From assembly GCF_040938485.1 (NCBI RefSeq), contig NW_027271855.1:1054001-1118000 (forward strand): a DNA stretch of 64,000 nt, read 5' to 3'. The translations under genes were made by a program, and so were the position numbers. The notes under the pieces were generated by a model. It saw only the letters and a list, made by a program, of their open reading frames with translations, was not told the origin of the DNA and did no database searches. Position 1 is the first letter of the stretch. The number at the start of each line of letters is the position of its first letter. Source of the DNA: Diadema antillarum. Lineage: Eukaryota. Below are positions 13,666-26,336 of the stretch, in pieces.

Positions 13666-15317
13666 CTAACTGTGCATGAAGTTGCAGTGATGAATCCCAG
13701 TAAAGATTCTGAATGCAGAAAACATGCAAGTTTTGCTACATGATGCTCCTCAATATTTATATTATTCCTTACAGTCACGTGCTAAATATGAATTGCAGCC
13801 GCAGGCAGAGCTATTGTTCAGGTAACATGCATGGATGCAGGTAGACTGAAACCACTCACACATGTTCATTATTACAGTGGCAAAAAACTAAGCGATGTTT
13901 GTTGTCTATTGACATTACAAATTTGTGTTGAATAGTGGGTGGATAAGATCAGCCATCACAAATTTTGCTACCATGATTGTCACAGTGATTGTTACATTGA
14001 TAATGGGCCTAACACTAAAGCCACAGTGACAGCGGTAGAAGTTTCCCAGACTTTTATTGGTTCCTGCACAGATTATGTAATTCTCCATACCATCATCTCT
14101 TACTTGGGATGAATCCTTGCAGAGATCAGCTTTTGCTGTGAAGGGATAACATGAGGTCACTGAGGTCAAACTCTGCCCACCCCCAGACAGTAGGATAACA
14201 TGGTCCTCAATATCAAAATAGTCTTCATAATAGTCTGTTCCATCTTCTTACAGGCACTGAACATGGTTTATCATTCAAAATATAAGTTATAGGCCTACCT
14301 CAATGCAACATATGTGATGACATAAACAGTTAATACCAGTGTATGGTCGGTATCCTTCTTTTTCAAATCATGTATCTTATTGCACATGAATAATTCAGTC
14401 TCTCACATGATCCATTTAATTGTTGCAATGGTCGCATGATATCACAAATTGTTGTGGCAGGCATCCCCTTTATAACACTCTGCCTAATGAAGAGGATTTA
14501 TTCTATAGATTAAATGGTTTTATGCTTTGAAAATCATCATCAATGTGGACTTAGAGGTATAACTCATGGGTTTTTTTCCAGACTGTACTCAATTAATTAC
14601 AACCTACATCATCCCACTTCGTATACTGACAAAAGACCACTTCCTGTACAGCAGAAATTCTTCTGTTCCTGCAGAGTACTCTGCTACAGAACAAATTTCA
14701 AGTGGGCTGTATCTTTATCATGTTTTAGAGACACAAAGGAGCAAGACTTGTGGAAAGACTAGTATGTCCATGTACCATGGTGGTCAGTTCATGTAGCGGG
14801 TTTTATGTTCCCCAGAAATGCAGCTTGACATTTTGATGTTGCCAGGATTACGATCAGTCAGAGGGGTTTCGTGGATGACTGCATAGATGCTCCTTATACA
14901 GCAACTTAAGCATATTATGAGGGACCAAGCTAGAAACCCATTCTGCATATTGCACTTAACTCTTTGTGTACCACAATGTATAGGCCTACCCCCTGTGTGC
15001 AGCATTATATTGAGACTGCAAGGCAGCAACACTTTTGGAAAACATTTTGTTTTTCAAAACTTTGAACCTCATTATAGAAGTGTTTATGCTAGAAATGCAG
15101 TACAGCAATGTTGCAGAGGGAATTGCAAGCCTTGCTCTGGTGTAAATTTCATGACAAAGCTATGGCTATAACACATTCAATGTATAGTGTGGCATATTGC
15201 AATTCATCAATCAGGTTGTGCATGGTTGTGTGCTTGAGCAAAATATACCAAATTGGTTGCCATTGGCTGAGTCAGGCATGTGAGTGTGTCACAGAAAATT
15301 GAACACCCTTTCAATGC

Positions 15318-16340
15318 TTAAAGATACTATAAAGTTTTGGTACCATATGTACCTCAAAAGTTTCCCTGAATTTCCTTGTCTTAGTTTGTGTTTCAGGTTA
15401 AAGTACCTTTCATATAACTACCACTGTGAGACTTACTCGCCCCAAAGTGCTTTCATGTCTTAGTAATCAGGCAATAGCCGTTTACTAGTATGCGACGCCG
15501 TACGGCGGCGAGGTAGTACATGTATTGTACGAAACCATTATTGCATGATAACTGCGACCAGCAGCGTGCAGCCCCATACGCATAGCTAAATGGGGCTTCG
15601 CATTGTAGCATTCAGGATCATGACAGATTTAGTATCACGGGTAAATATCAACTTAAAATCCACAAATTTCTTCAATTTGAAGACTTACCAGTTAAGTTGA
15701 AGTATTGAAAACAGGCTTCGGGCAACGTTTGGTTTTGCCAATAGTCCCTTTCTGTTCGAATTGATGACTGAATGTGACTCGGTCGAGAGGACCTTGGGAG
15801 AGCTACACTGAATTGACAGCCAGCGCATGCGCACACAGACATCTTATCCGTTCATGGATTTGAAATTTGTGCGCATGTGATGTGTGCGCATGCGCTGGCC
15901 GTAGTATTCAGTGTATGTAGCTCTCCCAAGGTCCTCTCGACCGAGTCACATTCAGTCATCAATTCGAACAGAAAGGGACTATTGGCAGAACCAAACATTG
16001 CCCGAAGCCTGTTTTTAATACTTCAACTTAATTGGTAAGTCTTCAAATTGAAGAAATTTTTGGATTTTAAGTTGATATTTACCCGCGATACTAAATCTGT
16101 CATGATCCTGAATGCTACAATGCGAAGCCCCATTTAGCTATGCGTATGGGGCTGCTGGTCGCTATGTGTATGGGGCTGCTGGTCGCAGTTAATTGCATGG
16201 TTACTAAGACATGAGAGCACTTTGGGGCGAGTAAGTCTCACAGTGTTAGTTATATGAAAGGTACTTTAACCTGAAACACAAACTAAGACAAGGAAATTCA
16301 GGGAAACTTTTGAGGTACCAAAACTTTATATTATCTTTAA
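15318..16340. mobile_element. ~1 kb foldback MITE (TTAA target, AG termini; Kolobok/T2-like)
   Basis: TTAA|AGATACTATAAAGTTTTGGTACC…GGTACCAAAACTTTATATTATCT|TTAA. Arms are nearly identical over >400 bp around a ~45 bp spacer. Confidence 0.85.
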
Positions 16341-17784
16341 CATATTGAGGGTCACTATCTTAAAAACACTAGCTAGTACTATGTCATCTCTTTCCTTCAT
16401 CAGTATATTTTCTGTCTCCAGTCAAGAATGAATTGCTGCCGACTCTTGCACAGTCATTTTGTAATCTGAATAGTTTTTATTCATGATGATGGCCAGGCTT
16501 TAGAAAAACAGTGATTTTCACAAATCTGTGCAGCAGGCCTAATTAATGGTTCAAGATTGTTTGGGTTCACCTGGAGTACAAGGTGATCATGTTCATGTAC
16601 CTTCTGACCATGCTCTGGAAGGTGCAATGAAAGCTTATGTTCATAAACCTAAATTTAGAAGGAAAGCAGTCACTTGATCTACTTCATATTGTTGTTTCCC
16701 TGCAAGAGATTAAGAACAGAAAACAGTTATTCAGCTTTCTCTCTTCCATCAGGAATATACATATATTTTTTGGTATGTTTTTATGTATTATATATCTGTG
16801 GGTTCATTGCAACTTTGTTTTGAACCCTCAGATCTGTGAGAAAAGATAGATGAGCAAGGCCAGAACTCTTTCATCAGAGGTATCGTGTATGTCATAATAC
16901 CTGTGCACATCAGAGAATTCCTCCTACACTCAGTAACAAAATATTTCTGCGAGGAAATTCCATGGTTTAGGGATTGTGAAATGTCACTACAGTGTCAAAT
17001 GTTACAAAGTCACTAACATGATAATCTTGTTCACATTTCATCTTCTTTTTCTAGCATTGCACAACTGCAGTTGTTGCAGAGGAGTGGATCTCTCTGATAT
17101 TTTGCTATCTGATCTGCAGTAATTTGCTGTATTTATATGAAAATTATAGGTTGCTGTTATCTGACCAGGAGACAAAATATCCTGTCCACACTGCCAGGCA
17201 CTTCAGCTGATAACATCAGCACTTTAGCCAAAATATACTGGGATGATACCAACTTTGTGATTGTATAAAATTACAGGCAGGCTGCTCAGCAATCATAAGA
17301 GAAAGAGGACTGATGATTGACAATAAGCATATCTTGATAAGATCATATAAATTTTGCCCAAGTTATGCAATTTTATGGTCATGAAAAGTTCATCTTCTGA
17401 TGCTGTCAGGGATAATTGGGCTTTGATATGTTTGCTTTGGACAAGAAGGGGAAAGTGAATTCTAAATTTCCCCTCTGTGATCCATACACCCTAGTTTCAC
17501 ATAAACCATGACCCAGCACCAAGTATTTGTGGCCTGCATGAATCAAACCTAAGATGGAGCATGGGGAGCAAGCAGTGTGAGAGGTGTTCTTCACCCAGGC
17601 TGGCTTCAGATTGGCTCTCCAATATTTGTTGTGGGATTAACAAACAATATGATCATGATATGAACCACATCATGTGAACATGCTATTTGTTTCGATTTGT
17701 AGTGTTGTAGTCTTAGAAATGCATTTGGTTATAACTGAGTTGTAGGGGTAGGGGATACAATAGATCGTTGTAAACTTTAACTTG

Positions 17785-18135
17785 GGGTGCATTCACTTCT
17801 GGCACAGAATTAACATTTCCAAACAACTTTCATGGAGTTTTGGGCAGTTGATAAATGCAAATCTGTTTTGATTATCGGGTTAGAAACTCGTATCTGAACC
17901 GCGCAAAAAATGCAATCACAAACACGTTTCTGTTGAGTTGATAAACAGAAAGTCATTTTGAAATGCATTTCTAGCTTGGACCTACCCATGGCAACCACTG
18001 CCAACTACACATCCCAGAACCTAGGGTCAAACTGCACAGTGGAGCTGTGCATCGACAAGCTTCCCAATTGACTCATAACAGAGTTAATATAAATGCAACA
18101 ACTCAAGAAACCCTATCGAAAGGCGTTTGCAAATG
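17785..18135 (+). repeat. Dispersed repeat family I, copy 2
   Basis: Colinear with 5573-5880; both copies begin GGGTGCAT. Confidence 0.7.
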
Positions 18136-18299
18136 TGTTTTGATAGTGGGTATTGAAACATGTTTCAAACATGGGAAAGTTGATAAACCCAGCCTTGAAT
18201 GCATGAATGTTTTGTGTCTAACTGTTTTTCCCCAATGGATATTTCACAGGAAAAGAGAAGGAAAACATAAGACATTTCCACAAAATGTTGTTGTTGTAA

Positions 18300-18580
18300 A
18301 AAGTGTACATTCTCTTGAAGACTTTTCAGTGATATATATAAAGATATATCATTCCCCCTGCCATCTGAAGGAGGGAAGTGGAACGCTCCTTCTTTTTGTT
18401 AGAAAAATGAAAATATGTGGTATTCTCCATATATTTTCTCTACATTGATCTGCTTCTATGACATCACAAACTTGTAGTTTTTGAATCTAGTGATGGCAGC
18501 ACAAAAACCCAACACATTCATATCATTTGAACAGATTTTCCCTAAATTTCACTGATATGTTCTACTATTGCTAAGTTTAC
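18300..18580 (+). mobile_element. Degraded family A-related MITE remnant
   Basis: TTCCCCCTGCCATCTGAAGG, TGACATCACAAACTTGTAG and AAATTTCACTGATATGTTCTACTA align by eye with the family A core and right arm. Confidence 0.5.
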
Positions 18581-18697
18581 TTAATCTACAATTATGTTTG
18601 GGATAAATTCCCTTTCAAGTACTCATAAAGCAATGAGATGGAAAGTGCAATTAAGGCCAGTACATACAGGAATGCTTTATACAGGAAGGCGTTTTGA

Positions 18698-18905
18698 TAC
18701 TGTAAAACGAGGAATGTTCGCATGCATTTTAATTTCGCGAATTTCGGGAGAGCTAAGATTCGCGAAATTAAAATGCACATGAAAGTTCTTGTCTACACTA
18801 CACGCATTGAATGTTAGAAGCTACTCGCGAAAATTTCATGCCACGAAAAAGGCCATCGGCTCCAATTCACAAAAATTCCATGCCACGAAAATATACTTCC
18901 GTAAA
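18698..18905 (+). mobile_element. Tc1/mariner-like MITE family H, copy 2
   Basis: Starts TACTGTAAAAC; same hairpin and core as the other copies. Confidence 0.6.
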
Positions 18906-19461
18906 ACTAGTCAGTATACAGCCCCCAACCATCTTCAGATGTACACAGAGCCCAAAGTTATGGTGTACTTTAGGGCTATGTCAGTTTTTATCAACTATTT
19001 GTACATAATAATCAACTCTCCCACACTGCTCTGTTATAATGCCAATCTCACTTTGATTTTATACTAAATATAAATTGAGTGGTACAGATGTTTTGCATTT
19101 TCCCCTCTGCTCAGCAGGGAAACGATGTTATTTGATTTTGTCTAATACCTAATGCATGCATAATACACCCAGATTATTTTAATGCTCAGGAGCCATCATT
19201 TGTTGGAAAGCTTCCAATTACCACTTGGGCAAAGTCCTCTGCATCCTTTAAGATATGGTAATTCCTGTTGAATTAAGAAACCTTAAATGATTTTGTGTCA
19301 CACTAAACACTATATGGTGAGCACTGGTGGAAGGAATGTGCACTTATTTTTTTTTTCTGTCTATACTATGGCACAGAATATTCATATAATTTGTATGATA
19401 AGATTCATTCTGTGCACAAGACACATAAGTGATCTGACGGTTTCAGTCTGAATGTACAGAG

Positions 19462-19540
19462 TAATAATAATAATAATAATAATAATAGTGGCTACTTGTA
19501 TAGTGCAAAGGTCCACCTTTCAGTGCTCATGGCGCTTTAG
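19462..19540 (-). mobile_element. L2/CR1-type LINE extreme 3' end (or SINE tail) with (TAT)n
   Basis: (AAT)n-AGTGGCTACTTGTATAG…CAGTGCTCATGGCGCT is nearly identical to 30306-30392. Confidence 0.65.
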
Positions 19541-21134
19541 CAGAGATCTTGTTAAATATTTACCAGATGTATTTTCCCCCCGAAGGCAGGCAACACAAAT
19601 TCCATGTTTTTACCATGGAACAGAGGAAAATCAGCTGCTTGTTTCATAACCCTTCAATTGCTGGACTACCACAAGTTCAGCTATGGTCAAATCATAATTT
19701 GGGTATGGGATCAAAGTGTCATTCTTCAAGAAAAGTGGAAAATATAATATCACAAGATTATATAGTTTCTCAAAAACAAAAGTAGGAATCTGTACATATT
19801 TGGGCATAAGACACATATTCTACTGAACTTGTATTGCATCTACAGATACGATTTTATTGAAGTGCACAAGGCAATGAAGAAAATGAAGAAGAAAAGTCCG
19901 CTGCTTTAGTAAGGACTGTCATAATCTTCATGAAATGTTTGAAGTTGTCTGAATCATAACAAACAAATGGTCAGCCAGTGAGCTTACCACATGCATCATA
20001 CTCTTGACCATGGATCTCCCATAAGTGGGAGGGACATTGTTTGTTGATCTTAATATTGGCAAAAGTCTGATTCAGGAAGTCATTCCTGGTCCACAAATAA
20101 ACGTTCAAGAGGTGGTAGAGAAGGAGAAGCCTGAAACAAGGTTGTACAGTCTGTTTTCTAGGATGCAGTTTGTCATTGATGTTGTGAATAGTGCTTCCAC
20201 ACATCATGGTGTAATGCCGACTTTGTATTCTGACCATAACAGACTGAACACTATTCTGAAGTCCTGATAAAATATTTCTGTCAAAGTTTATAGATACAGG
20301 AATTACAGTTAAAGTTCATTTTCTTTCTGGCAGAGATCCTGAGACAGAGGCTAGACACATTTACCCAGGGTGTTTGATGGATTGTGAACTAACATGGAAT
20401 GAAGGATGTATAAATATTGCATACTTCTGAAAGGGAAGAATCTCAATTTATGATGAGGAAGTTGTGAGGGTCACATAATGATTGACCTCCAGCAGACTAG
20501 TTATTTGTTTTGCATCAACTTTATTACCAAGGTTTTCACATTCTTCTAATATCAACATGAGCAGTTGTCAATTCTTAAGGTAACTCTGTTTTTATTTTTA
20601 ATTATCATCAGAAATTTTGATTTCAATAATGTGTGTAAAGTCAGTGGCTTTTTAATGCCTGCCATTTCCGTTGCTGTTGTGTGAAATATAGAAATGTAGG
20701 TAGATAACATCAGTTTTATGATGTTTTCCCCTGAACTGACTGGCTGATGTCACTTACAATCTAGCCCCAATCAACGGTCTTAATAAAGTTTGTGATTCTC
20801 AGAGTAGAATTCCTGTAGAACGAGGATGTGAACTACCTTTGGTAAGTTATTGCAATTTTGATAGCGATAACGAGTCACAGTATGTGAATTCAAAGAGATG
20901 TACAGTAGCCAATGACAAAATTAAGTAGTTCTTTAGAGACAAACAAATACAGTGGATGGTATTTTGGTCCTTTTCAGTGAATGAAATACTAGTGGGAATA
21001 TTATCAGAGGAGTCCTGCAAAAATAAATAAAGTGAATTGGCATAGAGGGTATAGGGGGCATGGCACATGGTGTACGTATAGGATGAAATGGAAACCAGAC
21101 TGAAAAATTAACTGAAATGCAACAGAAAGAGATC

Positions 21135-21227
21135 TTAACCCGTTGAGGACGAGTCCCGAGTATACTCGGGCAGGTGTCTATGGGAAATGCGTGTTGTAGC
21201 AAAATCAAATCGTCCTCAACGGGTTAA
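21135..21227 (+). mobile_element. piggyBac-like mini-MITE family G, copy 1
   Basis: TTAA|CCCGTTGAGGACGA…TCGTCCTCAACGGG|TTAA with a perfect 14-bp TIR; 85 bp element. Confidence 0.85.
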
Positions 21228-21619
21228 AGGGTGAGGGTCGACCCTGAAGGATCCGTCCAAAAAGAAGCATGGAAGGGAAAGAAGCGTGAGAAGAAAATGT
21301 GTGAATAAAGGATATTAAAATGAGCATTGAAGCACAAACAAATCCCCTTCACTGAATATATTATTTATAATCATGGAAACAGGGCTTTTCTGTATGGTCA
21401 TCTGTCAAATGTACCACTCATAATTTTATGTCATGTCCTGTGAAAGCCTGTCAAAACAACAACAAAAAATCATTACAAGCAAATCGTCATGTGGATCAGT
21501 GTACTCATCATGTTGCGATGCTCTTCTTCATTATTGTTTTATGATGATGTTGACTTCCTTTGTCTTTGACATAGTTTAAAAGAAGAGGATTCTTTTGGGT
21601 ATAGATATACACGTATATA

Positions 21620-22030
21620 TATGTGACAGTGAACCTCAAAACGAACATAAAGTCGCACACACTGATTTTGCGTGAGGACTGAAAATAAGTGAAATGGGTC
21701 AACCTAGCCGAACTTGACTTTTTCATATTTTCTGAAAGAGCGGGTCTTCTTTTACATTATGCTAAAATTTGGTATCATAAAACGGGCAGGAAAGTGTGTT
21801 TTTTGAGCAGTTTATATCAAACATTTTTGGTAGAATAGTGTGATTAGGTGTGTCTTTAGAATCCCCTTTTCATTTCTGAAAAACCTTGTCCACACTCTTC
21901 ACTTTCAACTCTAATAACTTTTGACAGGATAGTGCCAATGCTTTGAAAGTTGGCGTTGATTATTGACAGAATGTGTTAATGAGGCATGCTCAATTTCAGT
22001 TTAATCTAATAATCCCTTCATTGTTGGTAC
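21620..22030. mobile_element. Possible DNA transposon fragment, unclassified
   Basis: Begins TATGTGACAGTGAACCTCAAAA and is richer in CpG than its flanks. No second terminus found. Confidence 0.3.
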
Positions 22031-25000
22031 TCTGGTGGTTTACTTCCTGTTTTTTGTCCCATTCATCGCACAGCCTGCACGGTTTGGTAAAGATTAAGCG
22101 CTTGAATAGACACTGTACTTCAGAGCCTCTTTTCTCAGTTCACACTTTTCCTGAGTTTGTGCTTTCTTTCCAATATTTAGATAGGTTAGGAGAGTCCATT
22201 TGATTTGAGTTATATATCATTTTAAAGCTTAAAGTCTGCTCTTTCAGAATATGGTCTTAACTAAAAATTCATGTCTGGCGACTTTTTGTTTGTCTTGAGG
22301 TGCAGGGTCACATATAGAGAGAGAGAACAAAAAAGAATCACTGAGAATTAAAACAAATACTTTCATATGTTTCATGGTATGTTAAGGATTGATGAAATGA
22401 GGCATGTGGCTTTATGGTGATATAGTAAATTTGATAGGGGTGATGTTTTGATAGTTTTGTCTTGCAGAGAATCAACAATTTTGTTCTCGTTTTTTTGCTC
22501 ATGTAAGATTGTTCAATTGATACTGGTTACTTGTCAAGAACCACAAATTATAAACTTGCATTTTATTATTATCCTTCATGAATGAAAAATTGTTTTAGCC
22601 CATGCTCACACGAGGCTGGAAGGGTTGAGAAAATGATATGATTTCTTATTTTCTTATCATTACAATTTCCAGCCACACAATCATTGCTGTAGTGTGGATC
22701 AATTTCCAGCTTTGCCAAAGCTCCTCTGACATGAGAGGAGGGTTTTTCTCACCCGCTGGCAAAATGGGGCGTTCAAACTTCTCGGAAATTTAGAAATTAG
22801 ATTTTACAGGTTGACTTGAGCCCTGTCAAAATTTTGTCGACCCACTGTTTGTCCTGTGGAAGAGAGGGAGAAAAAAAAAGAGAAAGAGGGAGAGAGAATA
22901 GTTTAATATCAACTTGTCTAACTCATCCAAGTGGAGCTTAGTTTACCTCTTATAAATCACTTTAATGTTTTTCATTCATTTCACATCAACAGGTCATATT
23001 ATGTGGTCAAAAGTTAAAGGCTCCTTGCCATACTTTGAAGGCATATATTGTTCTACCCGTAGTCACTATTTGACATAAGAAAATTATTCTTTCAGTCAAA
23101 TGTATCTATTAGATGATTAAAGGACATGCATTCATTGGAAGACTTTCTCCAGGCCAAACAAGTCCTTGCAGCAGTGTCCTTTTTTTGTACAATGTAGCTT
23201 CTAATGGAAAAGAATAATCAGTTGTTGAGACATTAAAAAGGTGTTAGCTTATCTATTTTTACATTTGTAACAATGTCGTTTTCTACTTTATCTAGAATTA
23301 GAGTCATTAGAATCAAATCGCTTTATCAAGATTGGAATGATAAAGATTAGAATGGATCCACAAGACAATCAAGAAAGAAATCAATACAAAAATATGGACA
23401 TTTGAGAATTCAGCAAGACAGATTGTTTGATGTGCATGATGAGACCAATTTGTTCTGCAAGTGGGAAAGGAAAAAATAGAGTAGTGGTGAAAGAGAGTAG
23501 GGTGGGGGAAAGGAACACTACCCAGTTTTCAGTAATGCTGTTTTTCTAACCAGGGATCATCTATAGTATTTGTTTAAACTTTTAGAGGTGTCAAACTGTT
23601 TCACTTGGACACGAGGAGTTGGTGAACTGCATGGCCTGTCTTCTTAGCGGGAGTTCTCTGGGTCTTCAGCACATTAGCACATAATCTGGCAGCCCCCCTC
23701 TTTACTGCATCAATAACCTGAAGGCAGAAAACACTCTTTCCAGCCATTTACCTTTCACTTCAGAGGACAAACAACTCGGAAAGAAGAGAAGTGCTGGAAG
23801 TTTCTGTGTGATTTTGGGACGAATCCGATGATTTTGTAAGAAATAGTATCTTGAAGCGTATCTTTCAGCACATCAGATGGATATATACTGATATTCAAAT
23901 TTCAGCTTTCCAGGGTATAAAATTCATGATTATCTACTTTGTTTACCTGCAAGTATTTCACCAGTAATGCACTTGAATAGAAACAAATTATGACATTTTG
24001 TACAGACATATTGAGTATCCCTTCAAATGTGCCATGAACCTTGTCATTTTTGTAGCATTAAAATCTTTGTGTTTCTGAAGTCAATCAAAGGCTGCCACCT
24101 TGAAGGATGCTACAAGCATGTGCCCAGAATATCAGCTGGCAGAAACATCTTTTCAATCACTGAGTGGGGGGAAAAAAAGGAGAAAACGAAATGAAAGTGA
24201 GTATCACTTAAAAAACAGAGAGAGAAGATGTTTAATGTTTTCATAGGCATTTGTATAGAAGCATAGTAAGAAGGAACGGTTACTTTGGTATATTTGTCTC
24301 TCGATTGTGTTAATACATCTCATTGATTTGACATTCTGGGTACAGTAGCTTTTCTTTCTTGCCATCAGTTATATTCAGCATTAAGAGACATGTAGGGCTA
24401 TTTGCATTCAATATGATTACTATCATCAAGATCATAAATACACGTTTGTACATTATTTCTGTCAAGGAATCTTTATCTGGGCAAGATTTGTTCAGCATTC
24501 AGATATATCCTTGAGGTTCAGAATATAAATGAGTTATTTGTTTCTGCCTTCCTTCAAGTCTTTGGAAATATTCTGCTATTGAAGATGAAACACTTATTGC
24601 TGTATTTGCAACGGCTATATTTAGTTAACTTCAATATCAATAGATATCTGATTTATAGATGTGCTGTAGAGAGATGTCCATTTACTGATCATCATATGAA
24701 TTTTTACAGCTATTTCACCATTTTCTTGTACTTTTCTCATATTACCTTTGTCTTGGCCATTTGCAATCTTGGATAGTCTTACAAAGATTTGATACCAAGT
24801 GCAAAAACTATAAAGCTGTCTCATCTTTTTCTCATGCTCTGATTTATGCCTCTTTGAATGAATTCCTGTATGCCTAAGTGGCGTCTGAAAATAGATCTAT
24901 AAGTTACCTATATAGCAATCCATTTGGGAATGTTGATTCCCAGGTATCGCACTGGTGAAAAACGTCATCACATCACAATGTAAAGAGCTATGTGATCTAG

Positions 25001-26010
25001 GCATAGAGGCTTACTAGGAAGGTGGCCACTGTATCGTTACTTGACTTTTTCTGATATCACTACTAAATAGCACTGCTGAGATACTTGCATCAGTCTTGCC
25101 CTGCTTATACTCACATAACTCAGAAATGTTCTATTCCTAACAAAGATGAATAGGCTATCAATGAGTTATAAAACCAATATGTACAAACAGAATGCATGTT
25201 CAATGAATCATTTCTCTACTAAAATAAGAATGTTTCAGTCATGAAATTTAAAGGTGAATGTTTTCTCCATACCTGGAAGATTGCTCTGTGCATAAACTAA
25301 ATCATACTACATGTATATAGGCCTACATGCATTACTGAACAATGATTCCGTAGGGAGAGATTTTTGCCATGGGGCAAAATTTCAAGTGAAAATATCAAAA
25401 TGTCAATTTTTCCCCACATTTTGAAAATAGCTCAAAATATTGTCATAAAAAGGATGTTACCAGGTAGTGATTATTTGAAGAATTTTGGGCCATTGGGTCA
25501 AAGGGTAAGGGTCAAAGATCAAGTGAAAATTCTCAAATTCCCAAATAGTTGCTCTTAAAAGATAAAGTCATTCTTTCAAATAAAGGAAAGTAAACCCTCA
25601 ACATATTTGTGATAAACATGTATTATCACTTTTTTTTTTGCCAGTTAGGTCTAGGTGAAACTGTCATCTCACATTATCATGATGTACTCTACACCTATTG
25701 GGAGAACCATGCAATATGGTAGAAGCTTACCACTTGCCATAGTGACATTTTTAGTGTATTTTCATTATGATGTCATTTAATTTAGTTTATTTCATTAATT
25801 CCAGCCATGAATGCAATGTTTGAAGACTTATGTCAGAGAACCACAGCTAATGGAATGTGTGTGTGTTTGTTTGTTTGTGGTTTTTTTTAGCTGTATATCT
25901 TGTGGCAGCATTATCCTTCTTTTTTATGTAGTGATAGTGAAGTGAGATTATCTGATGCTGCCAAAGAACTGGATTTTGGATACTAGTCAGTGTTGCTCAA
26001 ATGCCGATGT

Positions 26011-26336
26011 CAGGGCCTGCGGAGCGTTTTCAAAAGTGTGAGGGCCCACTTCCGGGTTTCATGAGCTAACAAGCCACAAAAAAAAAACAATAAAAAAAGT
26101 CCTTAGCTCCAAAAAAAAGCAAACAATAAAAAATAAAGGTCTTCAGTGAAAAACTTAACCTTACCGTGCTCACACTTCAAGATCTCTATCTATTTCTATT
26201 AAGTGCCACTGACGTACTTCCGGGTTAAAAAAAGTGTGGGGGCCCAAAGTGATGACACCTTATGTATTCCTTTGTATGGTGCACAAAAAGTGTGGGGGCC
26301 CGAGCCCCCACAGCCCCCACGCTTCCGCTGGCCATG
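26011..26336. mobile_element. CAGGG-type TIR MITE with apparent 5-bp TSD (GATGT)
   Basis: GATGT|CAGGGCCTGCGGAGC…GCTTCCGCTGGCCATG|GATGT; internal AAAAGTGTG(G/A)GGGCCC repeated three times. Confidence 0.65.
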
